From: a virus
Length of the DNA: 64,000 nucleotides
Reading direction: 5' to 3' (one strand)
IMG/VR virus record: IMGVR_UViG_3300021185_001145
Span: 1 to 64,000 of that record
Shown: piece after piece, positions 47,582-57,290 of the stretch
Layout: every line of letters starts with the position of its first letter
How positions within the stretch are numbered: position 1 is the first letter of the stretch
Notes under the pieces: generated by a model
Seen by the model: only the letters and a program-made list of their open reading frames with translations
The model's database searches: none
Told to the model about the DNA's origin: nothing
Program-made: the position numbers and the translations under genes

Positions 47582-50500
47582 TTAGGGCAGTGTACCTATA
47601 ATATTATCGCTAGAATCCCTAATGTACCCTATCAAATTAGTGGATACTAGTTGAGAATTTGCAATGCTTCTAATTTGAGTGTTGTCTGGGTCTAAACCCT
47701 CAATAGTCTCATCTTCAATCTTATATATGAATCCGTTGAACAGGTTCATATTCTTATTAAACTGTTGTGTTTCATCCCTACCGACAACTTTAGTTTCAAT
47801 TTCTTCTGCAAATCCTAACTTACGGTGCAGTGTAGTTTCAACTGTCAAATCAGCATTTCTGAATATTAAACGCTTGATATGTTGTCCAGCATCCTGAACA
47901 GCAACATTCAGTTCTGCTTCTAATACTAGTTTCTCTATAGGTATATTTCTATATATAAAGTCTCTAGGAAGAACTTGTAAGAATGTTGGGTCGAGACTTC
48001 TAATAGTTTCGCTAGAAATATCGTCAATAATCAAGTCACCGTATTCATGCAGTTCTTTAAAGCCACTGAGAATTGTAATCTCTTGTAACCCTGGTTCTGC
48101 AACTTGCATTTCAACTGAAACAGATTGCGGTGAAGTGAGAAGATAGTTATGAGTTGTCCAATGTCTGTGAATTTCACGTTGCATTGCGACAGACAAATCA
48201 AGAACTTTAGAAATAGTCGGTCTTCTAAATGTAGAAGTCGAAACTTCTCTATTCAAGTTTAGACTTATTTCTTCTTCAAAATGTGATACTGGAACTGGGC
48301 TTTGAACATCAATGTCCAATTCAGTAGTACGTTCTATTGTTCTGAATGTTTCTACTTCTGCATTTGCATTCAGAGTTATATCTAATACTTGGGTTGTGTA
48401 CTTATCTACAAGTTGACTATCAATTCTAACATGAAGTGAAAGGTCTTTCGCCCAATCTTTGATATCTGTAAAGATGGCATCGACATCACTAATTGACTGA
48501 TTACCATCTAGGTCACGCAATTCACCAACACCAACCAAGACTACATTCTTGAATTGACTTGACCAAGTAACTTCTGGAAGTGACTTTTCAAGAATAGTTG
48601 GGATTTTGATTTGTAGTTCTGGTAAACGCTGTGCTTGACCAAATTCTTTTTTGATAACTGTTTTTCTAAACAGCGTATCACTCTTCAATTGAGTATTTAA
48701 TTCATCAGTATTTAATATTGTTATTGCTTTAGATACTTCAACAGTATTCTCAACAATAATATTTTCAATATCAGACCTAGTTGGGAATTCTAGTACAGGA
48801 ATTGGAGTTACATCCAAGTCTCTGAATTCCATTCTGATTTCAGGAATACGAAGTGCGAAGTTCTTCAGATTTGTTGGGTTAGTAACGAAACGCCCATCAC
48901 CAGAATTCGAACTACCAACAACAGATGGCGGTTGATATATCTCACCAGTTTTGTTGCCTAGTCCACCGTAAGTAACAGTTTCAGTGAAGTCAGTTTTAAA
49001 CAACATGATTGTTTTCTTATACTTCGGAATCTGAAGTCCACCAAGTCTTTCAGAGACAACCAAATCATTTGGGTCAGAAGTAAAGTTATTATACAAACCT
49101 GCTCTCAGGTTGTTAGTGATAAACACCTCACCAAAGAGTTCCATACCAGATGGGTGAACAAGTTTCTTGATTGTGTCACGATAGTTCTCAATAGACAAAC
49201 CAGTTCTAAGAACGTAAGAGAATGTTTGGTAGTATTTGTTATCTTGTAGATATTTCGCTTCAGACAAATGACCGTCATCGTTACGGAATATGCCTGGGTG
49301 TCGTGCAATCGAACCAGTTCCCAATGTCACACTAGCATCACCATTACCTAAAGACGATAAATCTATAGATGGATTTGCATAATACAAAGCACCAAAGTTC
49401 TGATTAAGAAGTTTTACTTCTTTAATTCTACCGATGTTACTGCCGTCAGATGTGATGGTAGCACCTGTACCTGTAGCAGACTGAATTGTTGCAACTGGTA
49501 CGCTTCTGTAACCAGAACCAAAGTTTGCCATTTTGAGTTCTTTAATAGAACCATCAGCAAGGAAATTAGAAGTGAAAGATACGCTCATCTCCGCAGTTTC
49601 ACCCTGTCCAGCATCGTATGTCGCACCAGTAATAGATGCAGTGAATTCAATGCGAATGAATTTATCACCATCAATTACATCTGTACCTAGTGTGTAGTTA
49701 CTGATGAGTGCTTGGTTTGTTACTGCGATATCTGCATCACCAACAGGTGCCGCTTGAACTGTCGCTAAGTCATCTCCAACCCAAACATTGAAGTAGTCGA
49801 ATAATACTGTACCGTTGTAATCATTGGCGCTAATATTGTTTAGCAGTCCAGTAGCAGTCCAGACACCTGGACCTTCTACTTTAAATATATACGATTTTGC
49901 AAATGTTGTAGTATCACCATTTAAGACATCTGCAACTTCAAAATTCAGAATAGGTGCGCCACTTACACCTCGCCCAGTATAATCTGTACTACCAGCGGCA
50001 TATTCCATACCATCTTCAGATACTTTCGAAACAAATGCAGATGCACCTGAACCGCCGATTGCGGCTGTGGATTCAAATACAACTGGGTCATTTACCTGAT
50101 AGTTGATACCTTTATTTACAAGGTTCAAGCCTTGAATATTACCAGGGAAGATAGATGAGATTTGTGCTGAAGCACCTACACCACTATCACCAACTGCCGT
50201 GTCGATATCTAAAAGTGTGCCTGCGCTATAACCTGTACCCTTTGACGTAACTTCAATAGTTGTAACCATTGGTACAATTCTAAAGTAGTATGGATTATTT
50301 GATGTATCTTTGTAATAAACAAATTCTCTATCATCTACGTCATCAGATGTTGATGAAAGAAAGTCACCCAATCCTGTTACGTTTGATAGATACGCTTCTG
50401 TAATTAGAGTATCGCCCAAGAAGAACTGAATGATACGTTCAACTTTTGCAGTCGCCCATGTTCTAGTTTCTTGTAAGTTAGTTTCAGGATTTGTATAGAT

Positions 50501-51289
50501 ATAATCCTGATAGATTGTTTGACCTGTTAAAGCGAAAACGTCATGGTTGTCATCGTTTAAGAAACGTATAGATGTGACTGTTTCCCACTTACCATCAGAT
50601 GCACGAAGAATATCATTTTTAGGATAATAGAATTCGACATTCTCATTGAACAGAATGTTGAATAGAAATTGATAAGATTTCTCTGTACCTTTAGATGCAT
50701 AGAATGAACGAATGTTCTTGATAAGAAACTTCTTATCAATTTCAATATCTTTTGGAATCTGTTTTAAGAATTCTGTTTCAAGTTGCTGTAAGTATAAATC
50801 AATACTTGTATCTACATCTGCGTTTGATGTAACGTTTTGAAGATTATAATCAACTTGACCTGGAGATGCTAACCACTCATAGTATGCCTCAAGAAAACGT
50901 TGAAACATAGGATATTCGGCAGAAACAAACCCGGGTAGTTGGTCACCAAGAGCATGTTTAATCGAAGTATCAATGTGCTTTACATTTGTAAGCGACCCAC
51001 CCATAGTGAGGTGATTGCCACACTGATAGAACAGTTTTGGCACAGGACCCATCGGAAGAACAATCTGAACAAGACCCTGAGATGTACCATTACCAGTAAC
51101 TTGAAAATCATAAGCGGAGCCATCACCCAAAACTCTATCAGTTTTGATGTAGAATGGATGACCAGGAGCCTGTACATTAAAAATGTAAGTAGTATTACTT
51201 TGCAAATCTAATGGTGGATTTGCAACTCCGTTTATTAGATAACCGCCATTATTCGGGGCAGCCGTGACTGTGTAAGTATATGTCTTCAT
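47582..51289 (-). CDS. gp7: Baseplate wedge initiator with N- and C-terminal extensions
   Basis: QLPGFV..EYP.F..FLEAYYEWL, IKNIRSFYASKGTEKSYQFLF, LQDNKYYQTFSY, KKLVHPSG; lies between gp6 and gp8. Confidence 0.88.
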   Translation of the reverse strand: MKTYTYTVTAAPNNGGYLINGVANPPLDLQSNTTYIFNVQAPGHPFYIKTDRVLGDGSAYDFQVTGNGTSQGLVQIVLPMGPVPKLFYQCGNHLTMGGSLTNVKHIDTSIKHALGDQLPGFVSAEYPMFQRFLEAYYEWLASPGQVDYNLQNVTSNADVDTSIDLYLQQLETEFLKQIPKDIEIDKKFLIKNIRSFYASKGTEKSYQFLFNILFNENVEFYYPKNDILRASDGKWETVTSIRFLNDDNHDVFALTGQTIYQDYIYTNPETNLQETRTWATAKVERIIQFFLGDTLITEAYLSNVTGLGDFLSSTSDDVDDREFVYYKDTSNNPYYFRIVPMVTTIEVTSKGTGYSAGTLLDIDTAVGDSGVGASAQISSIFPGNIQGLNLVNKGINYQVNDPVVFESTAAIGGSGASAFVSKVSEDGMEYAAGSTDYTGRGVSGAPILNFEVADVLNGDTTTFAKSYIFKVEGPGVWTATGLLNNISANDYNGTVLFDYFNVWVGDDLATVQAAPVGDADIAVTNQALISNYTLGTDVIDGDKFIRIEFTASITGATYDAGQGETAEMSVSFTSNFLADGSIKELKMANFGSGYRSVPVATIQSATGTGATITSDGSNIGRIKEVKLLNQNFGALYYANPSIDLSSLGNGDASVTLGTGSIARHPGIFRNDDGHLSEAKYLQDNKYYQTFSYVLRTGLSIENYRDTIKKLVHPSGMELFGEVFITNNLRAGLYNNFTSDPNDLVVSERLGGLQIPKYKKTIMLFKTDFTETVTYGGLGNKTGEIYQPPSVVGSSNSGDGRFVTNPTNLKNFALRIPEIRMEFRDLDVTPIPVLEFPTRSDIENIIVENTVEVSKAITILNTDELNTQLKSDTLFRKTVIKKEFGQAQRLPELQIKIPTILEKSLPEVTWSSQFKNVVLVGVGELRDLDGNQSISDVDAIFTDIKDWAKDLSLHVRIDSQLVDKYTTQVLDITLNANAEVETFRTIERTTELDIDVQSPVPVSHFEEEISLNLNREVSTSTFRRPTISKVLDLSVAMQREIHRHWTTHNYLLTSPQSVSVEMQVAEPGLQEITILSGFKELHEYGDLIIDDISSETIRSLDPTFLQVLPRDFIYRNIPIEKLVLEAELNVAVQDAGQHIKRLIFRNADLTVETTLHRKLGFAEEIETKVVGRDETQQFNKNMNLFNGFIYKIEDETIEGLDPDNTQIRSIANSQLVSTNLIGYIRDSSDNIIGTLP

Positions 51290-51292
51290 GGA

Positions 51293-53203
51293 TTAATACC
51301 CAGAACTGCTAGAACTACTGGAACTGCTTGATGTTGTTCCTGAGTAGGAAACACCTGTATTAATTGTTTCACCAACTGCGAGGTTTGTTGCACCAACATA
51401 TCTTGTCTGAGCATCAACCGCAGTTACGAGAATATCACCTTCAAGTATCTCCAAAATCTGATTTCTTACTGAGAATATGTCTTGATTTCTTGGATGAATT
51501 TCAACTACAAGTTCTTCATCTGCCGCACCCTCGGGTGTGAATGTTGCGCTGAATACGCCTGTGTCATAATTCACAAGACCTTTGTTTGTATCCACTAATC
51601 GTCTTTCACCAATAATATCTCTGTAAATGTTAATGGTACCAGCCCCATCATCAGAAAGATAGCAGTTAGGTTCGCCGAAATATGTAAACCCAGAAGTCTT
51701 AATCGAACCAAAGTGACCGACATGCGGATAAAATATTGCGTTTGAAAAAGATGCACTTACTGATTTAGATTTATTTGGAGTAAGAGGAATCTTTGTCGCA
51801 AGTTTAATTGATAGAGAAGAGTTTTCAATTGAAGGCGTAGAGGAATCAATTGTTCTCAAAAACTTAGAGTATTTAAAATATGAATTAAATTGCTCTAAGT
51901 CAATACGAGAAAAGTCAAGAATGCTTGCTTTGATTGCGCTTTCAATCAGCGTAGCAGATGCCGCACCAATTTCTCTATTGAAATATGCTTGAACTGAAGG
52001 TTTGATAAAGATATAAGATGGGTCTACAATCTCAGGAGTAATAGACACAACATTATTTACTTTAAGAATACTATCTTTAATTTGCTCTTTTGCAACTTCA
52101 TTAATTGTAAATCCTGATTTAGGTTTCAGAGCAATAAATACTTTACCGTAAACAGGTGGGTCGTTAGTTTCTCCACCCCAAGAAGATACTGCTTGAACAT
52201 CAGCATAGTTTTGTAGAATGCTTGTTTGGTAATCAGTAGCAGTTACAACACGACTTTGTGCATTAAAGTTTAGAGGCGCAAGATATCGGATACTTTCAAT
52301 GTCTTCTCTATCAGCACCACCAGAAGATTTAGTATTGCCTGCATCAAGAATAACAGTTTGCTCATAACCATTAATTGGTGATGTGAATGCGAATCCTGAA
52401 GCGTTGTTTGCATCAGCACCAGATGTTGAAATATACTCAATAATAACAACATTGTCATGGGCAAGGCTTTTGCCGACAGTACCGTTACCGAAATAGACTT
52501 CATACTTACCATTCTCTACTTCTTGTAAAAAGAAGACGGCTGAAGTTGTACCTAGACCTGTAATAGAAGTTGTCTTACTGAATTGAGTTGTTTCTAGGTT
52601 AGTTGAAGACCTCTGAACTTTAACATTCAGTGTAGATGTGTCTGCGTTTGGATTTTCTAAAACAAATCTTTGTGAAGGATTGTTTTTATCGTAAGTAAAT
52701 CTCTGTTCAATCTTAGTACCTTCATACAAATATATATTTCTTGTTTTGAAGATATTATAGTCACCTTCTGTACGATTGAAGATTGCATTTTCAGATTCCA
52801 AAGTATTGAAATAATATGCAGTCTTATCAATAGTAGTTTTGTATTTTGTGTATTTGGGTACAACAACACTTGTCGGAATCGGTGAGACTGAAGTAGGTAC
52901 TTTAACTTCAATGCTTACAAGAACCTTAGAACTTGCTTCTGAGCGTGGAGTATAACCCAACATCTTTGCTCTTGAAACAACATTATCTCTTTGCTTTGCT
53001 GTATCTAAGAACATTTCGTTTGATATCATGTTCATGTAGAACGCATTATAGTGCGTATTGTACGCAAGCAAATCCAATAAGACCGCCATGGAAGAACCCT
53101 CAAAATCAAAATCTTTAAATTCAGTTTGATTTTGTAAAAACCCTTTAAGGTTTGCCTTAATGGAATCAAAGTCTAGTTCATTGACTTTTAGATTTTCTGC
53201 CAT
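51293..53203 (-). CDS. gp6: Baseplate wedge subunit
   Basis: LDFDSIKANL...DFDFEGS...LLDLLAYNTHYNA...QSRVVTATDY...YGKVFIALKP. Confidence 0.96.
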   Translation of the reverse strand: MAENLKVNELDFDSIKANLKGFLQNQTEFKDFDFEGSSMAVLLDLLAYNTHYNAFYMNMISNEMFLDTAKQRDNVVSRAKMLGYTPRSEASSKVLVSIEVKVPTSVSPIPTSVVVPKYTKYKTTIDKTAYYFNTLESENAIFNRTEGDYNIFKTRNIYLYEGTKIEQRFTYDKNNPSQRFVLENPNADTSTLNVKVQRSSTNLETTQFSKTTSITGLGTTSAVFFLQEVENGKYEVYFGNGTVGKSLAHDNVVIIEYISTSGADANNASGFAFTSPINGYEQTVILDAGNTKSSGGADREDIESIRYLAPLNFNAQSRVVTATDYQTSILQNYADVQAVSSWGGETNDPPVYGKVFIALKPKSGFTINEVAKEQIKDSILKVNNVVSITPEIVDPSYIFIKPSVQAYFNREIGAASATLIESAIKASILDFSRIDLEQFNSYFKYSKFLRTIDSSTPSIENSSLSIKLATKIPLTPNKSKSVSASFSNAIFYPHVGHFGSIKTSGFTYFGEPNCYLSDDGAGTINIYRDIIGERRLVDTNKGLVNYDTGVFSATFTPEGAADEELVVEIHPRNQDIFSVRNQILEILEGDILVTAVDAQTRYVGATNLAVGETINTGVSYSGTTSSSSSSSSSSGY

Positions 53204-53204
53204 T

Positions 53205-53606
53205 TTATCTTACTCTCTCTAAAAATGTTTCTACCGTATTGACTGAGGCAACGTTTTCGATATAGAAGTCGATACGAACTTTGAACCCATTCTCATCTGG
53301 GTATCCTTCTACATTAACACCTTCCAGTGTTATTCTACTTTCAAAGTTCTGCAATACTTCAACGATTGCAAGTTTCAGCATATCTTCAGTGAATTCACCG
53401 AATGGTTCAAACAAAGATGCTCTAATGTTACCACCAATCTCAGGATGAAAAGGTCTTTCATAGTGAGAGGTCATAAGAAGATTAATCATAGAACGCTTGA
53501 TTGCTTCAATGTCTTTCACTCGACCCAAGTCGCCAGTGACCGGGTGCGCCATGAAATTCATGTCGAAGTCCGAGTATGTTGCGTTAGGTGAACTTAATCT
53601 TGCCAT
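53205..53606 (-). CDS. gp25: Baseplate wedge subunit
   Basis: YSDFD..F.AHPVTGD...AIKRSMINL..T..YERPFHPEIG...FESRI. Confidence 0.95.
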   Translation of the reverse strand: MARLSSPNATYSDFDMNFMAHPVTGDLGRVKDIEAIKRSMINLLMTSHYERPFHPEIGGNIRASLFEPFGEFTEDMLKLAIVEVLQNFESRITLEGVNVEGYPDENGFKVRIDFYIENVASVNTVETFLERVR

Positions 53607-53633
53607 TTCTTTTCCCTAATAAATTCTTACTAT

Positions 53634-53641
53634 TATTTATA
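53634..53641 (-). promoter_or_regulatory. Late promoter for gp25-6-7
   Basis: TATAAATA. Confidence 0.8.
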
Positions 53642-53651
53642 CAACGGACGT

Positions 53652-53948
53652 TCACCCGCCTATGCTAACTGTACCAGCCCCACCAGTAATCGACCCATCA
53701 TCACAAGGGTCACCTACTCTTGCCGCCGCTAGTCCCACAATCTTAACTGTACCACTTCCAGCATGAATTGGTGCTGTATGGTCTGCACAGACAGGAGGAA
53801 CAGCATGAGAAACAGTTAAATCTGTTGCACGACATGCAAGCGCACCCTCAATGGTGACAGTACCTTGTGACGGAGTATCAAGCACAGTTGTCCCATCACA
53901 TAGGTGTCCTGTATCTACTGCGTCTCCTTCTCTTGCCGATGCTGGCAT
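53652..53948 (-). CDS. PAAR spike-tip protein (gp5.4-like)
   Basis: PASAREGD, ACRATD, AAARVGD repeats with His/Cys metal ligands; follows gp5. Confidence 0.9.
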   Translation of the reverse strand: MPASAREGDAVDTGHLCDGTTVLDTPSQGTVTIEGALACRATDLTVSHAVPPVCADHTAPIHAGSGTVKIVGLAAARVGDPCDDGSITGGAGTVSIGG

Positions 53949-53977
53949 AACTTCTCCAAATTAATCCAAATTAACCC

Positions 53978-54006
53978 TTGACAGATTTAAAATAGTGTGT
54001 TACTAT
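53978..54006 (+). promoter_or_regulatory. Orphan antisense sigma70-type early promoter facing gene 5
   Basis: CCAAATTAATCCAAATTAACCC-TTGACA-17-TACTAT-ACAGATGT. Confidence 0.75.
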
Positions 54007-54030
54007 ACAGATGTAGCCTTAAATGTATTA

Positions 54031-55047
54031 TTAGTTTATGTCTACTGTTGCACCTTTAAGCACCATTGCGCCTGCGGACTCTAACGTCATATTCCCATCA
54101 CATTTTTGAGTGATATTCCCAGTTGCTTTTAAATCTACATTACCTGTGACGTTGATTTTTACATCGCCACCTGTGACAGTGACATCAATACCACCACCAC
54201 CATCGACATAGAGAATGACGCCTGCGCCACCACTTGTCTGAACATTCAGACCTTGCCCGATAGATAATATTTGACCGCCTGTGATGGATTCGTTTAAATT
54301 CCCCGTAATAAATTCATTCTTATTATTAACAACCTTGACGTTCATATCACCGCCAGGGTTCATTTCCATACCTGTGCCTGTTCTATGTCTTACATCAACA
54401 CGTTCTGCACCTGGGCTGTCATCAATCTCTACTGAGTGACCAGATTCCGAAACTTGTGCTTGATTGTATGGATATACTGCGGCATATGAAGAAGCAGGTT
54501 CATCAAACGTACCTCCAGCACCATCAGGAATACCAGTCTTTGCATCTGCTTCTGCGTTTGCAATACCCGCTGGTTTTGTGCCAGTCGCCGCACCTGGGGT
54601 TCCAGCACCTACAGTATTTACTGCATCTTCAGGTGTTTGTGTATTACCAATTCCAGCAGGTCCTGGTTCGTTTGCAACTGCGGGTGAAGGTCTATCAGCA
54701 AGTGGGTTTGGTCCATCGTCACCTAAATCGTCTGCGTAACCACCGCCACCTTTTGTTGGCGTAATGCCTGTGACAGTTGGTTGCTGTGCCATCGGACCAT
54801 CATTGAAATAACCTACAACCCAATCACCAATTCTTGGTGGCGTAATTGTAGGTGTCGGAGATGGTGGATATACAACAGTAGACCACGGCAATGCTTCAGT
54901 CGGCAACTGTTCTACATCATCTGTATGAAATCCTAACGCACGAATACGAACACGACCTAGATTTTCTGGGTCATTTCTGTCTACAACTCTAGCACGGAAT
55001 TGTACTAGTGGTCCGCCGTTACCCTGATTTGACTTTTCTATTGGCAT
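54031..55047 (-). CDS. gp5: Baseplate central spike (OB-fold plus short beta-helix, no lysozyme domain)
   Basis: VVDRNDPENLGRVRIR..G.H...LPW, G.WVVGYF.DG..AQQP, YPYNQ...SESGH..EIDDSPGAER...HRTGT. Confidence 0.92.
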   Translation of the reverse strand: MPIEKSNQGNGGPLVQFRARVVDRNDPENLGRVRIRALGFHTDDVEQLPTEALPWSTVVYPPSPTPTITPPRIGDWVVGYFNDGPMAQQPTVTGITPTKGGGGYADDLGDDGPNPLADRPSPAVANEPGPAGIGNTQTPEDAVNTVGAGTPGAATGTKPAGIANAEADAKTGIPDGAGGTFDEPASSYAAVYPYNQAQVSESGHSVEIDDSPGAERVDVRHRTGTGMEMNPGGDMNVKVVNNKNEFITGNLNESITGGQILSIGQGLNVQTSGGAGVILYVDGGGGIDVTVTGGDVKINVTGNVDLKATGNITQKCDGNMTLESAGAMVLKGATVDIN

Positions 55048-55165
55048 CTTTCACCTCACTTATATCTTTCAAATGGTCGAATTCACCGACTTCACCTCGT
55101 TGAAACATCTCTTCCATGCTTGACGAAGGTTCGTTTTTCAACTTTTCTTTATTTTCTTTTTTCAT
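55019..55165 (-). CDS. Possible small hypothetical protein (48 aa)
   Basis: ATG overlaps the kinase TAA (TAATG); MKKENKEKLKNEPSSSMEEMFQRGEVGEFDHLKDISEVKDANRKVKSG*; overlaps the gp5 start. Confidence 0.35.
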   Translation of the reverse strand: MKKENKEKLKNEPSSSMEEMFQRGEVGEFDHLKDISEVKDANRKVKSG

Positions 55166-56010
55166 TATTTACCAAAGAGTTCTTTTGTTTCTTTTGTTTT
55201 TGGGATGTTATTTTTAATCCAGTCAAATATTTGCTTCTGTACTTCTTTACGTTTAATAGGTCGTTTACCTTCTTTTTTAACTGTCAAGTAGGTAAAGTCT
55301 TTAATTACTTTCTCACCCTTACTATTTGGTTTATCAAAGAATATAGTATTTTCTCTGTTATTCAGAATGACTGCAACTTTACCATTGATACCTTTTGGGA
55401 TTGAACCAGATACAATCTGATACATTGTTTTTGCGGCACCCTCATGCGTCTTCAGCAAAATGTCTTCTGGTACAACACGGGCACGATTTGAGTTATTTGT
55501 AACAGCAACACGATAGTTTGTAAGCACCCAAACGATATGTACATTCTTAGGGTCATAACCAACTTCTTGTAGTTTTGGCATAACTTCAGTAATATCACCA
55601 ATCTCTTTAAGAGTGATATCGAAAATTATATTTGGTAGTCTGTCTTCCGATACATCAGCGAGAAGACCATCTAATGTTTTATCTTTGATGCCTGCATCTT
55701 TTACTGCCATATGAAGTTTGAATACGTCTTTAGGATTACGCAAATTCAAGTCTGCAAGTTCTGGGAACTTACCTTTTGTTTGGTTTAACTTTAGAAATGC
55801 TTTTTTCCACTCATCAACATCACGAATTTTAAAGTCATTACCTTGAAGAAAGTTTGAGATAGCAAACCCCTTACCTGAACCAGCGCCGCCAGCAAGAAAA
55901 ACAATCTGTCCATATTTTTTGCCGCCGTTAAATAGTATTTGCTTTTCTTGCAGGTCTTGAACTTCACTTTCCGTATCGTTCTGCAACCACTCGTTAAGTG
56001 ATAGTCTCAT
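55165..56010 (-). CDS. P-loop kinase (zeta-toxin/AAA_33-like)
   Basis: VFLAGGAGSGKG, IRDVD, IIFDIT, lid motif NSNRARVVPEDIL. Confidence 0.7.
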   Translation of the reverse strand: MRLSLNEWLQNDTESEVQDLQEKQILFNGGKKYGQIVFLAGGAGSGKGFAISNFLQGNDFKIRDVDEWKKAFLKLNQTKGKFPELADLNLRNPKDVFKLHMAVKDAGIKDKTLDGLLADVSEDRLPNIIFDITLKEIGDITEVMPKLQEVGYDPKNVHIVWVLTNYRVAVTNNSNRARVVPEDILLKTHEGAAKTMYQIVSGSIPKGINGKVAVILNNRENTIFFDKPNSKGEKVIKDFTYLTVKKEGKRPIKRKEVQKQIFDWIKNNIPKTKETKELFGK

Positions 56011-56024
56011 TGCTTTCTCCTAAA

Positions 56025-57284
56025 TTATGCTTCTGTTTTAACTTCTTCAAATGAACTGTCTTTAGCAACTTGTACAATTTGTCTGTAAGTTCCTCGGGTA
56101 AATGCGTGATTGATTGCAGTAATCATAGCGTTATTACTTAACTGCCTATCCATTGTTTCACCCTCTGTTTCTTTTGCTCCTGGGGAAGGTAGACGTAAAT
56201 CAACAACATCACCAATTTTTCTATTAGTAACACCAGGTAGTTTCAAGTCAATTTTAGTTGAACCGAACAATGCTCTTTGAGCAAGTGCCGCTGGTGCAAA
56301 TTCTTCAATCCCACTTGCAAACTCTTCTGCCGCATCAGTCAACAGAACACGAATGTTTGAAGAAGGTTCCATTATGTTATTTATCGCTTCTGCTCCGACA
56401 GTCATATTGGGTTCAAGTGATTTGAAACTCTCAAATATATCTGCTAGTTTTGTTTCAGTGATAGTAACTGCACCCGTAACTGGGTCAAATACTTGCATGG
56501 TGTTTGCTAATGCACCATTTAACATCTGTTGAAGATTGTTATTCTGTGATAATATTCTAAACTCTTCAATACCTTGCATTGCATTCAGTGTGTTTGCTTG
56601 AACGTTTTGTGGGTTTCTATGTAAGATTTCTCTTTGGTCTGAATCCCTAATCGGTTCAATATCTTCAATCATAGACTGTATGCTTCTAAAATGAAACCCT
56701 CTCAAATCTTCCCAAAATCTGTAATCTGAACCTGTCGGGTGTGCGGCAGATTGTGCAGTCTTTGACATTTCTAGCAATATTCTTGCTGGTGGAAAGTTTG
56801 GGAATGACATTCTTCTTGGCATAAGAGTAGGTTCTATATCAAACTCTTTGTCAATCGCAAGATTATCATCATACATCTTCTGTGCCATATCAGAAATAAG
56901 TTCACCATTAAAACCAAAACTAGCAGAAGTTTTCGTATTCTTTATCATCTCATGCGAACAGAAATGACAAACAAGCAACTGCATCTCATTGGCATCACTT
57001 CTGTTTGATACTTTGTAGATATAGAAAGACTGTTCGATTGTGTCTCCACCAGGAGTTTCGAATACAACTTCTAAATGTTCTTCACCAGAAATTGGTAGTT
57101 TTGAAGCAAGACCTACACCATCCATAAGTGCTAATGTGCCAGTCAAAAAAGGTTTGTACATATCTTCATAAATATGCAACTCTGTCATTATTTGGTGTAT
57201 TTTTACTGGCGTACCTGTTCCATGTTGAGGAATGATATCGAGCGTTATTGGCGTATAGTCAGTTGTATTTGTAATTTGCGACAT
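56025..57284 (-). CDS. Baseplate hub protein (gp27-like)
   Basis: IYEDMYKPFLTG...LPISGEE...YRFWEDLRGFHFRSI...PG....IGDVVDL...ITAINH; position between gp53 and gp5. Confidence 0.75.
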   Translation of the reverse strand: MSQITNTTDYTPITLDIIPQHGTGTPVKIHQIMTELHIYEDMYKPFLTGTLALMDGVGLASKLPISGEEHLEVVFETPGGDTIEQSFYIYKVSNRSDANEMQLLVCHFCSHEMIKNTKTSASFGFNGELISDMAQKMYDDNLAIDKEFDIEPTLMPRRMSFPNFPPARILLEMSKTAQSAAHPTGSDYRFWEDLRGFHFRSIQSMIEDIEPIRDSDQREILHRNPQNVQANTLNAMQGIEEFRILSQNNNLQQMLNGALANTMQVFDPVTGAVTITETKLADIFESFKSLEPNMTVGAEAINNIMEPSSNIRVLLTDAAEEFASGIEEFAPAALAQRALFGSTKIDLKLPGVTNRKIGDVVDLRLPSPGAKETEGETMDRQLSNNAMITAINHAFTRGTYRQIVQVAKDSSFEEVKTEA

Positions 57285-57290
57285 GATGTA

